Notes under the pieces: generated by a model
Databases searched by the model: none
Told to the model about the DNA's origin: nothing
Seen by the model: the letters and a program-made list of their open reading frames with translations, nothing else
Made by a program: the position numbers and the translations under genes
Assembly (NCBI GenBank): GCA_030695905.1
Contig: JAUYOL010000043.1
Span: forward strand, 998-64,997
DNA: 64,000 nucleotides
Reading direction: 5' to 3'
Source: Candidatus Omnitrophota bacterium
Lineage (GTDB): Bacteria; Omnitrophota; Gorgyraeia; 2-01-FULL-45-10
In this document: piece after piece, positions 1 to 11,074 of the stretch
Position numbering within the stretch: the first letter of the stretch is position 1
How the letters are laid out: each line of letters starts with the position of its first letter

Positions 1-1051
1 TGAATTCATAGCGATGCTTCTGCTCGGTATCGTCATATACGCGTCACGGTGGCATGCTGCGTATCCGGCCATCGCTGTGTATATGTTCGATGAATTTATC
101 AGGGTAGCGATGCTTTTTTTCCTGATGATCAACGTTATTAATAATGAAGATGATTTGAAGCAGGCAGCGGGCGTACTGGTATCGGTAATATTCATTTTGG
201 TTCTTTACGCATATTACAGATATAAGACCGAAGGGTTCGAATACGCCGTCCCAAGCGTTTATTATGTTGATAGAAATTTTTTCGCGGAGTCCATTGTAGC
301 TGTCCTGCCCCTGGCGTTCACATTTTATGAGGAAAGTATCAGCAAATGGAAAAAGATTTTATTTTTGGGAATAACAGGTGTTATGGCAGGAGGCATAATC
401 CTCACATACTCCAGAGGTGGCTTATTGGCAATGGTAATAGTATTGGCTGCTCTGTTTATTAAATCCCGGAAGAAAATTATGATGATAGTAACCGCAATTC
501 TGGTATTGATCATCTTCTTGCCGCATATAGGGGATAAATATACCGGACGAATGGGCACTATAGCAACATACGAGGAAGACCCTTCTGCCATGATAAGAAT
601 AGCGACATGGCGATCGGGCATAAATATGCTGGAGAAGCACACGTTGCTTGGAGTCGGCGCCGGTAATTTCAACGATCTCTTTATCGACTACGCTCCGCCG
701 GAAATGAAAAAATACGCTGACTATACGATGAGCATACATAATATGTTTTTACAGATCTTTAGCGAAACAGGCCTGCTTGGCGGAGGGCTTTTTATATTTA
801 TTATCATAAGCTCATTGTTGGGGCTTTTGCGATTGAGGAAAGATAATAATGCGCTTGAAAGCGACAAAAGAATGAATCTGGCGCTTCCTTATGCCTTGGG
901 CGTAAGTTTGATAGGTTTCTGCGGGGCGGGCTTCTTTTTACCCGGGGCCTATTACGGATACCAGTATATTATTGTCGCGTTACTCGTCGTGAGCAAGTTG
1001 ATATATACAGACAGGATAAAAACGCTGATAGCCGCAAAGGCCGTAAAATGA
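1..1051 (+). CDS. O-antigen ligase/Wzy-like polytopic membrane protein, 5' end outside window
   Basis: The ORF beginning at 14 stays open upstream to the window edge in the same frame. The hydrophobic profile is multi-TM. The motif [10 protein letters not shown] resembles the Wzy_C/O-antigen ligase signature. It is the first gene of a tightly packed EPS operon. Confidence 0.5.
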   Translation, partial: EFIAMLLLGIVIYASRWHAAYPAIAVYMFDEFIRVAMLFFLMINVINNEDDLKQAAGVLVSVIFILVLYAYYRYKTEGFEYAVPSVYYVDRNFFAESIVAVLPLAFTFYEESISKWKKILFLGITGVMAGGIILTYSRGGLLAMVIVLAALFIKSRKKIMMIVTAILVLIIFLPHIGDKYTGRMGTIATYEEDPSAMIRIATWRSGINMLEKHTLLGVGAGNFNDLFIDYAPPEMKKYADYTMSIHNMFLQIFSETGLLGGGLFIFIIISSLLGLLRLRKDNNALESDKRMNLALPYALGVSLIGFCGAGFFLPGAYYGYQYIIVALLVVSKLIYTDRIKTLIAAKAVK

Positions 1052-1563
1052 GAATTCTCGCAATACTATGTTATCAATTATTCGCTAAGCGCCTGCCGCG
1101 TTCATACGAATTTGGGGTTATAGGTGTATTGTCAAGATGGACGCGAAATGGCTTATGCAGGATGATTATTAAGGATGCGCCGCCGACAATATTTGTCGAA
1201 AGGGGCGCAGATTTCGGCAGCGGGAAGAACCTTGTTTTAAAAGAATACGCCTGCATAGGGGAAAATGCCAGATTTATGGGCGAAGGCAAAATTACGATAG
1301 GACGCCATGCGATGATGGGGCCGGATGTAATGATCATAACCAGTGATCACAAGATGAAAAAAGAAGGGTTTGATGGTTATGTGTCAAAGGATGTGGAGAT
1401 AGGCGACCATGCCTGGATAGGTGCCAGGGCCATTATCCTGAAGGGTGTGAAGATAGGAAAACATGGAGTGATTGGGGCCGGAGCCGTGGTTACATGCGAT
1501 GTACCGGATCATTCTATAGTTGGTGGCGTGCCAGCGAAAGTAATTAAATACCGGAGCGATTAG
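1048..1563 (+). CDS. Hexapeptide-repeat (left-handed beta-helix) sugar O-acetyltransferase, WbbJ/WcaF-like
   Basis: Repeated [LIV]G-x4 hexapeptides ([31 protein letters not shown]) and a C-terminal [10 protein letters not shown]. The ATGA overlap with the upstream gene implies translational coupling. Confidence 0.7.
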   Translation: MRILAILCYQLFAKRLPRSYEFGVIGVLSRWTRNGLCRMIIKDAPPTIFVERGADFGSGKNLVLKEYACIGENARFMGEGKITIGRHAMMGPDVMIITSDHKMKKEGFDGYVSKDVEIGDHAWIGARAIILKGVKIGKHGVIGAGAVVTCDVPDHSIVGGVPAKVIKYRSD

Positions 1564-3813
1564 ATGCACATAGCTATTGTTAACGAAGCATATTTTAAAG
1601 ATTCAGGCATTCCTACTCATATCCGGGCGTATGTATCAGAACTGGCAATGCTCGGGAATAAAGTGAGCATATTTGCCACGGATGTAGAAAAATCCGGTAA
1701 TAATGGTTTAGTATCATTCGTCAAGGTTAGAAAAACGCACCATGTATTTTTTAAGATGTTGCTATTTTTTCGCGCAATTAAAGCGCATCTTCAAACAGGC
1801 AAGGTAGACATTATTCATGCGCATGATAGCATAGCGTTTATATCATGCTGGCTTGTTGGAAAAATATATAAAATACCAGTAGTATCCACGTGTCATGGAA
1901 CTATATATCAAAAAAATATAGCGCTTGACTATGGTTTCAGGCTAAGGGCGCTTTATAAAATTACAGACAGATTGGTCGCGTTACTTAGCGCCAGAGTAGT
2001 AGCTATTAGCAAAGAGGTAGGTAGTATTTTAGTCGCAATAGGAGCTAAGAATAGGAATATCAAGGTTATTCCGGGAATATATGAAAAGTCCATATTTTCT
2101 ATAGCTGATCAGCCGAAAGAGTTTAGAACCGGCAAGAGAACATGTTTATTTGTAGGAGCCTTGCGGCCGATAAAGGGAGTCGGATATTTAGTCGACGCTA
2201 TTCCAGAAGTCGTGAAAACCATAAAAGACTTTGAGTTACTGTTAATAGGTCCGGCCCAGAGCGATCAGAAGGAGAAGGTATTATCCCAAATCAATGCGTT
2301 AGGAATGGGGCGCTATATTAAATATATGGGTTATGTGGCAAAAAAGGAGTTAGCGGATTATTATATGAAAGCAGATCTTTTTATAGTGCCATCGCTCAAT
2401 GAGCCTCAAGGCCTGGTCATCCTGGAGGCGATGAGTTTTGCTCTGCCAGTGGTTGCTTCCAACATAGGGGGTATCCCTGATATGATAAAAGACGGCGTTA
2501 ATGGCCTGCTTGTCCCTCCCGGTGATTCCGGAGAAACTGCGCGAGCAATAATAAAAATATTGTCAGATAAATCGCTATATGAAGCATGTTCCCGCGGATC
2601 CTGGGCATACATGAATGATAACCCAAGCGAAAAAAATGCTGTTGACTTAGTTGCTCTTTACAATGATGCGATAAAGGAAAGCATTAATAGATGTCCACAA
2701 CGCGATGATAAAATAAAAGTTATGCATATACTTCTCAGTCTTGAATGCGGCGGTGCCGAAAAAGTGGCAGTGAATCTTATTAAAAAGTTAAATGGAGATA
2801 AATTCGACTTTTCGGTCTGTGTTTTGGATAGGACGGGAGCGCTTAAAGATGAATTGGGGGGCAGCATAAAAATAGAGTGCATGAACAGGAAAAGCGGATT
2901 TGATTTTTTATTACCCTTAAGATTGGCGAAAGCGATAAGAAGGACAGCCCCTGATGTAATACATATGCACAATTCCTCCGCTTTATTATACGGAACAATG
3001 GCAGCAAAGCTGGCTGGTTTTAATAATATGATTGTTACGCAGCATGGCAGCGTATTGGCAGAAAGCAAAAAGATGCAGTTGATCATAAAACAGCTTTCGA
3101 AAATAGTGGATAAGAATATAACGGTATCTTCTGACATAGAAGGGTATCTTAAAAAACATTTTGGGGTTAAGGGGGAGAAGGTTCATACGATCATAAATGG
3201 TATCGACGATCAGCTGCATAGACAGGATGCTGTGCAAAGAATAGTCGAAAGAAGAAAATTTGGCCTTGAAGACAAGGTAGTCATAGGTCATGTCGCTCGG
3301 TTATCACCGGAAAAAGATCAAAAAAACCTTTTGGAGGCCTTCGCCTTGGTGGCGGAACATATTGATAATGCCAATCTGGTAATCGTGGGAGACGGCCCAT
3401 CAAAGCGTGACTTAGAGGATATTGCCAAGAAGCTTAAGGTATGGGATAAAGTTATATTTATGGGGTTTCAAAGAGACATACAGGCTATGTTAAACATGTT
3501 TGATATGTTCGTGTTGTCATCCTCAAGGGAAGGAACGTCTCTGACACTTATAGAGGCCATGTCTACAAGCTTACCGGTTATAGCTACAAATGTCGGTGGC
3601 AATCCCAAGGTAGTAGACGATAAAAAAACAGGGTTAATAGTTCCGCCGCAAGATCCGTCCAGCCTGGCCCAGGCAATGATATATCTATGCAGAAATCCGA
3701 AAGATAGAGAAAATATGGGCATAGCAGGACGGCAGCGCGTGGTGGAGGGCTTTGGCCTGGGTAAGATGGCCGACAAGTATGCCGGCCTTTATACGGAGCT
3801 TGCAAATAAATGA
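1564..3813 (+). CDS. Two-domain glycosyltransferase (tandem GT4/GT-B modules in one 749-aa ORF)
   Basis: Two complete GT1/GT4-like units. Each has an E-x7-E type donor-binding region (EPQGLVILEAMSFALPVVAS and EGTSLTLIEAMSTSLPVIAT). The second module begins at MHILLSLECGGAEKV with no stop between them. Confidence 0.65.
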   Translation: MHIAIVNEAYFKDSGIPTHIRAYVSELAMLGNKVSIFATDVEKSGNNGLVSFVKVRKTHHVFFKMLLFFRAIKAHLQTGKVDIIHAHDSIAFISCWLVGKIYKIPVVSTCHGTIYQKNIALDYGFRLRALYKITDRLVALLSARVVAISKEVGSILVAIGAKNRNIKVIPGIYEKSIFSIADQPKEFRTGKRTCLFVGALRPIKGVGYLVDAIPEVVKTIKDFELLLIGPAQSDQKEKVLSQINALGMGRYIKYMGYVAKKELADYYMKADLFIVPSLNEPQGLVILEAMSFALPVVASNIGGIPDMIKDGVNGLLVPPGDSGETARAIIKILSDKSLYEACSRGSWAYMNDNPSEKNAVDLVALYNDAIKESINRCPQRDDKIKVMHILLSLECGGAEKVAVNLIKKLNGDKFDFSVCVLDRTGALKDELGGSIKIECMNRKSGFDFLLPLRLAKAIRRTAPDVIHMHNSSALLYGTMAAKLAGFNNMIVTQHGSVLAESKKMQLIIKQLSKIVDKNITVSSDIEGYLKKHFGVKGEKVHTIINGIDDQLHRQDAVQRIVERRKFGLEDKVVIGHVARLSPEKDQKNLLEAFALVAEHIDNANLVIVGDGPSKRDLEDIAKKLKVWDKVIFMGFQRDIQAMLNMFDMFVLSSSREGTSLTLIEAMSTSLPVIATNVGGNPKVVDDKKTGLIVPPQDPSSLAQAMIYLCRNPKDRENMGIAGRQRVVEGFGLGKMADKYAGLYTELANK

Positions 3814-6119
3814 AAGTTTTGGTATTTACAACATTATTTCCTAACAGCAAGATGCCGAATCACGGCATATTTGTCAAAACGAGAGTTAAGAACCTGGCAA
3901 AGGTATGTGATGTGCGGGTCATTGCGCCCATACCGCATTTTCCTAAAATAAATATAAATAAGAAATGGTTTAAGTTTAGCCAGGTCCCGACAGAGGAAGA
4001 GATAGATGGATTGAAGGTATATCATCCGCGCTACTTCGTAATGCCGAAATTCTGTCGGTCGCTCTATGCTTTTTTCATGTTTATAGATGTCCTAAGATTT
4101 GTGAAAAGGATTAAGAAAGAATTTGACTTTGATGTTATAGACGGGCATTTCATCTATCCGGATGGGCTTGCCGCGGTACTATTGGGGGCGGTTTTGAGAA
4201 AAAAGGTAATAGTTACGGCGAGAGGGACAGACATTAACTGGTATTCCAATTTTTGGATAATAAGAACCCTGATACGATATTGCCTGAAGAGGGCAGATGC
4301 TGTCATATCGGTAAATAGTGATCTAAAAAATAAGATGGTAGAATTAGGAATAGATGCAGATAAGATAAAAGTTATAAATAACGGAGTTGATTTTAGCAAA
4401 TTCTATGCTATGTCAAAAACAGAAGCGAAACGCGCTTTGGGCATAGCTAATAATAAAAAGGTGTTATTATCAGCCGGTAATCTTATCGAAACAAAAGGAT
4501 TTCATATTTTAATAAACGCTTTTTCGCTTATTAAAAATAAAGATGCCGTTCTCTATATTATAGGAGAAGGCCCTTATAGAAAAAATTTGGAAGCGCTTAT
4601 AGCAAGGGTCGGCTTGAAAGATAGAATAATGCTTGTTGGAGAGGTGCCGCATAATGAGCTTTATAAATGGTATTCTGCGGCTGATTTATTCTGCCTGACA
4701 AGTTTACGTGAGGGGTGGCCAAACGTCATACTTGAATCTTTATCCTGCGGTACACCGGCCCTTACTATGAATAAGTGGAGCCTATCCGAACTTATCGATA
4801 AAAACATGGGAATTTTGCTGGATTCTTATGAGCCGGTGACGATAGCTATGGCTATAGAAGTTGCCATAGACAGGCAGTGGGATGGGAAGAGTATAGCGGG
4901 TAATATGCAGAATTACAGCTGGGATGATACCACCAGTAAGTTATCGGAATTATTCAAAAAAACATTGCAAAGAGAAGATGTCTTATTTTTCTCATCAGAT
5001 GACTGGAATAGCGGCCTTAAGACGAGTAAATATCATATAGCAACCAGGCTGGCCAGGGATAGCAGGGTTTTCTTCATAAATTCTATAGGCTTAAGAACCC
5101 CATCTGTTACATCGCATGACTTTAAAAGAGTGATTGCGAAAATACGCGGATTTTTTAAAGGAGTCAAACAAATTAATAAGAATCTTTTTGTGTATACTCC
5201 GATAGCCGTTCCATTCCAGAAACATGGTTTTGTGCGATTTATGAATAATATGATAATAACCTTTCAAATAAAGATGATCATGCGCAGATTTAATATCAAA
5301 AGGCCAGCGGTATGGACATTTTTGCCGAATTCATTGGGCGTTATAAGAAAGATCGAAAGAAAACGCATTATCTATTATTGCGTCGATGATATGAGCGCGT
5401 TTAAAGGGGTTCCGGCAGATGTTATCAGCCGTCTGGATAGCGAGATGACAAGGCAGGCGGATATTGTATTTGCCGTTTCACAGGAGCTATTCAAAAAGAA
5501 GAAGGCAATAAATGAGAATACGTTTTATTCGCCTCACGGTGTTGACTTTGAACTTTTTAATAAGGCGGTGGTGGAAAAAGGTGTTATGAAACCGGCAGAT
5601 ATCGAAGATATAGGGCGCCCTATCATAGGATTCTACGGTCTGATATCCGGCGATTGGATAGATTATGATCTTATTCGTTTTCTTGCGCAAAAAAGGCCGG
5701 CTTGGTCATTTGTATTCGTAGGCAAGATAGATGCGGTTAAAGAAGGGCCGCCGAGGGCCAATAATATTTACTATTTGTCTGTGAAGCCCTATGAGGAACT
5801 ATACAAATACAGCCGTTTCTTTGATGTCGCGATGTTGCCATTTAATATAAATCAGCTTACCATGCATTCGCATCCTTTGAAGATACTTGAATATTTGTCA
5901 GCGGGCAAGCCGGTGGTTTCGATAGCAATTCCTGAAGTCATGAGATATGCCGATGTTATAGAAATAGCAGCCCGTTATGAAGAATTTTTAGATAAGATAG
6001 AAAGATCGCTTAAGCTTAACGACAGGAATGCTGTGGAGAGCCGTGTAAGATTTGCATCTTCCAACTCATGGGAAAAGAGATTCGATGAAATACAAAAAGC
6101 CATTGCTTATCACATGTAG
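3810..6119 (+). CDS. Two-domain glycosyltransferase (N-terminal GT4 module plus a second GT-B-like module)
   Basis: The N-terminal half carries a GT4 signature (REGWPNVILESLSCGTPAL). The C-terminal 380 aa forms a second GT-B-like domain. There is a 4-nt overlap with the upstream gene. Confidence 0.6.
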   Translation: MKVLVFTTLFPNSKMPNHGIFVKTRVKNLAKVCDVRVIAPIPHFPKININKKWFKFSQVPTEEEIDGLKVYHPRYFVMPKFCRSLYAFFMFIDVLRFVKRIKKEFDFDVIDGHFIYPDGLAAVLLGAVLRKKVIVTARGTDINWYSNFWIIRTLIRYCLKRADAVISVNSDLKNKMVELGIDADKIKVINNGVDFSKFYAMSKTEAKRALGIANNKKVLLSAGNLIETKGFHILINAFSLIKNKDAVLYIIGEGPYRKNLEALIARVGLKDRIMLVGEVPHNELYKWYSAADLFCLTSLREGWPNVILESLSCGTPALTMNKWSLSELIDKNMGILLDSYEPVTIAMAIEVAIDRQWDGKSIAGNMQNYSWDDTTSKLSELFKKTLQREDVLFFSSDDWNSGLKTSKYHIATRLARDSRVFFINSIGLRTPSVTSHDFKRVIAKIRGFFKGVKQINKNLFVYTPIAVPFQKHGFVRFMNNMIITFQIKMIMRRFNIKRPAVWTFLPNSLGVIRKIERKRIIYYCVDDMSAFKGVPADVISRLDSEMTRQADIVFAVSQELFKKKKAINENTFYSPHGVDFELFNKAVVEKGVMKPADIEDIGRPIIGFYGLISGDWIDYDLIRFLAQKRPAWSFVFVGKIDAVKEGPPRANNIYYLSVKPYEELYKYSRFFDVAMLPFNINQLTMHSHPLKILEYLSAGKPVVSIAIPEVMRYADVIEIAARYEEFLDKIERSLKLNDRNAVESRVRFASSNSWEKRFDEIQKAIAYHM

Positions 6120-8529
6120 TATTATTTTTGCGGGTTTAATCATTGCCAAGTGTGGAAATATGCCCGCGCTGGCTCAGGCAAGAGCGTTTATAGAAAAAGC
6201 CGAGCGGCATACACATGCGCTTCAGGGAATAAAAAATAAGGTTGACGCGGTAAAAGAGACATTTGAGGTCAAGGCGCCATCAATAAATATAGATGTGGAT
6301 GCCGCGAAGAACGGGCCTATCTACGGCGATCCGGAAGGGCTCGTGCGGGTCAAGGCACTTGAGGCAAAATTGCATAATATCGGGATAAAGAAAGACCACC
6401 CCAGAATATTCCTAGATCCTGATAATATAAATGTATGCAGGCAGCGTATCCTCAGGCGTCATCCGGCATTTAATAACATCATAGATCTTGCCGAGAAAGG
6501 CGATATTGTTAATCTGGCGTTCCTATATCTTATGAGGGAACATGATAATCCTGCTACAGCGTTACGGTGTTCAAAAGAGGTTATCAGGATGCTCGTGGAT
6601 AATGATCCTACGACCGGCGACAAAAGATTTGTCGGCAGAGAGATCGCCAAGATGGCGCTTGCCTTTGATTGGATATATAACGCCATGACAGATTCCCAGA
6701 GGAAGTATGTGGCCGAGAAATTATCTAACCTGGCAGGCATTAAAAAAAGAGCCAAAGCTATCAGGGAAGGATTAAAAGAGACGGGCGAGACATTTCATCG
6801 TGAGGACTGGATGTTTGATTCTTACCGGGCGTGGCCGGAAATTGCACTTGCGCACCATGTTCCGGATGCGGAATTTGTCTATAAATCGAGATGGAACCAT
6901 GATTGGTTTTGGGGAGACGCGGCGAGAATGTATGCGTATGCCGCAGACGGAACGCCTTTTGAGGGGTATTATGCAGGCGCGGATGGCGTAGATTGGTTTC
7001 TTGCGCTTAAGTCCGCTACCGGTATAAATTTAATAGACGGGGAAGATTACCCATGGTTTAAGAATACCGCTTACTATATATTCTATAGGCTGGATTTAGA
7101 GAGAGGGAGAGAGGCTTTACATCACGGTGTTACTATCGGAGGCGCTGGCTGTATTTCATATACAGAGGGATCGGTTGCATGGAAGATGAAAAAATTTTTA
7201 GGAAGGACCCTTCCCCTTGCCTACGAAAATCCATATATAAAATGGGTGGGCAATCATCAAATAGGTGTTTCGGATTGGATTCTTACAACGACCGGTTATG
7301 GCGGGCTGGAGGAGCTTGGCCCTATAGCAAGCGTCCTGTTTGATGACCTGCATGCCGAGAGTATTAGTCCTAATGATGCTGCGTATGAAAACTTTCCATA
7401 CGCAAAATTATTTTCGGGAGGAGATGAAGCGTATATGAGAAGTGGATGGACCGGGAAGCCCACGATAATTGGATTTAGATCCGCCCCTGCTTATACAAAA
7501 ACAAGTCATGGCGATTTTGATGTTAATACTTTTGTTATTTATAAGGATGGCGTCCTCGCTCCGGATTCAGGTGTTTACGATGCATATGTCGGCCAATCCA
7601 ATTATTTTTGCTACCAGAAGAATACAGCTGCCCATAATAATATTTTGGTGATAGACCCTTTTAGGCCTGATGAGCCAAAAAAGTTTGGGACAGCACCTGA
7701 TCCCGGAGGTGTTGATTTTGTTTTTACCAGAACCTTTGGCGCATCCAGCCGCTTTGGCAGGGAGGATGAATTTTTGCATAATCCACACGCGGATTGGGCG
7801 GATCTCGCGGCTTTTAAAACTACGCCAAATTATGATTATGTGGTGGGTAAGGCTAACAAGGCCTATAGAGACAGGCTGGATAAATATTATAGGACACTCG
7901 TATTTATAAGAAAAGGTAATGGTGGATATCTAATAGTTTATGATCAACTGAAACTAAAAAACAAAAATTATCAGATAAAATGGCTCCTTCACTTGGTAAC
8001 AGAGCCGGTTATAAAAGGTCAAATAGTAAAGAGTGAAGTGCCCGGCCACATAGAAATATATAAAGGTTATTATTTAAATGCTAAAAATGTATTTAATACG
8101 TCGAGCTTGTTTCTTAAAACGTTAAAACCGGAAAATTATCTTATCAGAAAAGTGGGCGGGTCGGGTTATGAATATTGGGTAGATGGCTCTAAGCCAAAGA
8201 ACTACCCTGTGGCTGATAGCGAGAAAAAAAGGATAGAGGAGCAGATGGGTGGAAAATGGCAGGAAGCCGGAACTTGGCGCATAGAGATTATGCCTCAAGA
8301 TAAAAGAGATCAGCACGATTTTATAAATGTATTTTATATAGGCGATGCCGATGAACAGCCAAATCCTAACGCCATCTCGCTAAAAGAGGATGCTTCAAGT
8401 TATATCATAAATATAGAGGATGAGCTTGCGCCGACAACTGTAACGTTTTTAAAGGGCGAAGAGCCCAAGGGAAGTATAATTATTAAAGATAAAATAAATG
8501 ATACCTTTCCCGATGTTAAGAAGAGATAA
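6085..8529 (+). CDS. Heparinase II/III-like (polysaccharide lyase-like) protein with N-terminal signal/anchor
   Basis: About 815 aa with a hydrophobic N-terminus (KPLLITCSIIFAGLIIA). The central alpha/alpha-toroid-like region has W/Y-rich motifs (NHDWFWGDAARMYAYAADG). The C-terminal beta-rich region (FIRKGNGGYLIVYDQLKLKN) resembles the Hepar_II_III domain. Start chosen at ATG 6085 (MKYKK), which overlaps the upstream gene end. Confidence 0.45.
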   Translation: MKYKKPLLITCSIIFAGLIIAKCGNMPALAQARAFIEKAERHTHALQGIKNKVDAVKETFEVKAPSINIDVDAAKNGPIYGDPEGLVRVKALEAKLHNIGIKKDHPRIFLDPDNINVCRQRILRRHPAFNNIIDLAEKGDIVNLAFLYLMREHDNPATALRCSKEVIRMLVDNDPTTGDKRFVGREIAKMALAFDWIYNAMTDSQRKYVAEKLSNLAGIKKRAKAIREGLKETGETFHREDWMFDSYRAWPEIALAHHVPDAEFVYKSRWNHDWFWGDAARMYAYAADGTPFEGYYAGADGVDWFLALKSATGINLIDGEDYPWFKNTAYYIFYRLDLERGREALHHGVTIGGAGCISYTEGSVAWKMKKFLGRTLPLAYENPYIKWVGNHQIGVSDWILTTTGYGGLEELGPIASVLFDDLHAESISPNDAAYENFPYAKLFSGGDEAYMRSGWTGKPTIIGFRSAPAYTKTSHGDFDVNTFVIYKDGVLAPDSGVYDAYVGQSNYFCYQKNTAAHNNILVIDPFRPDEPKKFGTAPDPGGVDFVFTRTFGASSRFGREDEFLHNPHADWADLAAFKTTPNYDYVVGKANKAYRDRLDKYYRTLVFIRKGNGGYLIVYDQLKLKNKNYQIKWLLHLVTEPVIKGQIVKSEVPGHIEIYKGYYLNAKNVFNTSSLFLKTLKPENYLIRKVGGSGYEYWVDGSKPKNYPVADSEKKRIEEQMGGKWQEAGTWRIEIMPQDKRDQHDFINVFYIGDADEQPNPNAISLKEDASSYIINIEDELAPTTVTFLKGEEPKGSIIIKDKINDTFPDVKKR

Positions 8530-8533
8530 TAAT

Positions 8534-9295
8534 ATGAGTTTATTAAGAAAGATAGAACAGTTATTTGGCAATTTCACAGTTCATAATGGTATCGTCGTAT
8601 TGACATATCATAGGGTGAATGATGCGCTCCCAAGATCTGCCCTCGTTGTGGACCCTAAAGAATTCTCAGCTCAAATGTTATTTTTGAGCGCCTATAGGAA
8701 TGCTTTTCAGATTATTGGAGTAGATGAGATGCTGGGATGGTTCAATCACGCGCCGATGAAGGATAATAAAAAGACTAAAATAGTGATAACATTTGATGAT
8801 GGATACAAGGATAATTATACTCATGCATTTCCTGTATTAAGAAAGTATTGTTTTCCCGCAACAATATTTTTGACCACAGGCCGTATAAATAGCGAGGGCA
8901 AGGAATATCTTAATACAAGTGAAATAGATGAAATGATGAGGGCGGGAATAACCTTTGGAGCGCATACGAGGACACATCCGTATCTGTCCAGGATAGATAC
9001 GAAGCAGATCAATGAGGAGCTGGCCGATTCGCATAGAGCCTTGGAAAATATTGCGGGTAAGCAGAGCGTACCCTTCTGCTATCCGTATGGAGATTATAAT
9101 GAATACGTAAAAAATACGGTAAAAGCAACCGGGTTTTCCTGCGCCTTTTCAGTAAGCCCGGGTATAAATTATCCCGGCCAGGATATCTTTGAGATAAAGA
9201 GGATAGATATTCTTGGTAATGATAATTTTTCATCGTTTAAATATAAGATAACGGATAAATATGAAAACTCTTGCGTACCACTCAATAGGGGATAG
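8534..9295 (+). CDS. Polysaccharide deacetylase (NodB homology domain)
   Basis: Motifs TFDDGYKDNY, GAHTRTHPYLS and CYPYGDYN, which are the NodB metal-binding and catalytic motifs. Confidence 0.7.
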   Translation: MSLLRKIEQLFGNFTVHNGIVVLTYHRVNDALPRSALVVDPKEFSAQMLFLSAYRNAFQIIGVDEMLGWFNHAPMKDNKKTKIVITFDDGYKDNYTHAFPVLRKYCFPATIFLTTGRINSEGKEYLNTSEIDEMMRAGITFGAHTRTHPYLSRIDTKQINEELADSHRALENIAGKQSVPFCYPYGDYNEYVKNTVKATGFSCAFSVSPGINYPGQDIFEIKRIDILGNDNFSSFKYKITDKYENSCVPLNRG

Positions 9296-9920
9296 CGTAG
9301 CCGAGATTGGAGCTGGCCTTTACTGTGTGCCTGAAGGAGATTTTAGGAGTCAGATGGAGTATCTGTCTGCATTAAAGGACAGGCCTTTGCTGACGTTTGA
9401 TGATGGAGACATAACCAATTATACCAAAGCGCTGCCTATTCTCAAAGAATTCGGGATGAGAGCGAGTTTTTTTATAATAGGAGAATGGGTAGGTAAAAAT
9501 GGATACATGGATTGGAGTCAGATAAAAAATTTGCAGGATAACGGAATGACTATTGGCGCGCATGGCATGACGCACAGGATATTAACAGAACTTAACGATG
9601 ACGAGCTATCTTATGAGTTAATGGAATCAAAACGCCTTCTGGAAGAGCATTTGGATTGTAGTATTGCCACGTTATCCATCCCCCGCGGTTTTTATAATAA
9701 AAGGGTTATGGATAAGGCCAAGGAGATTGGTTACGACACAATATTTACATCAGATGATAGGATTGTCATAAGATCCGATTGGGATTTAAATCGTTTTATG
9801 AATATAATTAATAACGGCCCTTCATTTATTGATAGAACCAAAAAATTTATAAAAAATTCAGCCAGAAGAACATTAGGCGATAAAAATTATGACAAGATAA
9901 GGTCGGGGCTATTAAAATGA
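9261..9920 (+). CDS. Polysaccharide deacetylase (NodB homology domain), second paralogue
   Basis: Motifs LTFDDGDITNY, GAHGMTHRIL and SIPRGFYN. It overlaps the preceding deacetylase gene. Confidence 0.7.
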   Translation: MKTLAYHSIGDSVAEIGAGLYCVPEGDFRSQMEYLSALKDRPLLTFDDGDITNYTKALPILKEFGMRASFFIIGEWVGKNGYMDWSQIKNLQDNGMTIGAHGMTHRILTELNDDELSYELMESKRLLEEHLDCSIATLSIPRGFYNKRVMDKAKEIGYDTIFTSDDRIVIRSDWDLNRFMNIINNGPSFIDRTKKFIKNSARRTLGDKNYDKIRSGLLK

Positions 9921-11074
9921 TAATAATTTTTTGGATATCGATTTTGATGCTTTTTTATACCTATATAGGGTATCCCATATATGTATTCGTCAGGGCAAAG
10001 CGCTATAAAAATGCTGTCTTAAAAGACGCCGATTTTAGGCCGAAGGTCTCTGTTATTATGTCCGCATATAATGAAGGATCGTATATAGAGAAGAAGATCA
10101 AAAACCTTCTGGAGTCCAGCTATCCTAAGGACGACTTAGAAACATTGGTCGGTTCAGACGGGTCGACAGACGCTACCGATCAGATACTTTCACGCATGGC
10201 AGACAAAAGAGTAAAGGTTTTTTGCTATAAAGATCGGCGTGGAAAGCCCAGCGTCCTGAATGACCTGGTCCTGCAGGCAACCGGCGAGATATTGGTATTC
10301 TGTGATGTGCGCCAATTATTTGAAAAAAGCGCCATATCGGAGCTGGTATCAAATTTTTCCGATGAGAATATCGGATGCGTAAGCGGCGAGCTCATTTTTA
10401 AAAGTCTTGCGCAGGACACAGAAATTGCAAAAGGCGTGGGTGCGTATTGGGATTATGAAAAGTTTATCAGAAGGTGTGAAAGCGCTGTCCATTCTATGGT
10501 GGGTGCCACAGGCGCTATATATGCTATAAGAAAAGCCCTGTATTTGCCTGTGCCTTCCGATATAGTTCTCGATGACGTGTATATACCGCTTAATATCTCC
10601 AGGATGGGGTATAGAACAATATTGGATCAGGACGCAAAGGCTTACGACAGGCCTGCCATGGAGACATCAGAAGAATATAGAAGGAAGGTGAGGACATTGG
10701 CCGGAAACTACCAGATATTTTCTATGTTCAAGGATCTATTGGTGCCATTTTTGAGACCGGTATCATTAGCGCTGGTATCACATAAATTATTCCGTGTTAT
10801 TGCGCCATTTTTCATGATATCGGTTTTTGTGAGTAATCTGTTTATGGCGATGGAGGGCTCATATATTTTATTCTTGATGGCACAAATCGCGTTTTATGCA
10901 CTGGCTATAGTGGGCGCCCTTACATGCCGGCAAAAAAATAAGAAGTTTGTCATCAAGATAGCATCGACAGCCTACATCTTCTGCTTTCTTAATTTTACGG
11001 CTATCGTAGGTCTTTACAGATTTTTATCCGGAAAACAGAAGATAGCATGGGAAAGGTCAGAAGTCCGTGGATAA
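9917..11074 (+). CDS. Family 2 glycosyltransferase with C-terminal transmembrane segments
   Basis: GT-A signatures VIMSAYNE and VGSDGSTD, a DxD-like LDDVYIP, and a C-terminal multi-TM region. Confidence 0.7.
   Translation: MIIIFWISILMLFYTYIGYPIYVFVRAKRYKNAVLKDADFRPKVSVIMSAYNEGSYIEKKIKNLLESSYPKDDLETLVGSDGSTDATDQILSRMADKRVKVFCYKDRRGKPSVLNDLVLQATGEILVFCDVRQLFEKSAISELVSNFSDENIGCVSGELIFKSLAQDTEIAKGVGAYWDYEKFIRRCESAVHSMVGATGAIYAIRKALYLPVPSDIVLDDVYIPLNISRMGYRTILDQDAKAYDRPAMETSEEYRRKVRTLAGNYQIFSMFKDLLVPFLRPVSLALVSHKLFRVIAPFFMISVFVSNLFMAMEGSYILFLMAQIAFYALAIVGALTCRQKNKKFVIKIASTAYIFCFLNFTAIVGLYRFLSGKQKIAWERSEVRG

Noticed and set aside
1564-6119. Two-domain glycosyltransferase ORFs as frameshifted pseudogenes or mis-joined genes
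   Set aside because: Both reading frames are continuous, with intact donor-binding motifs in each module and no internal stop or frame change. They were kept as genuine fusions.
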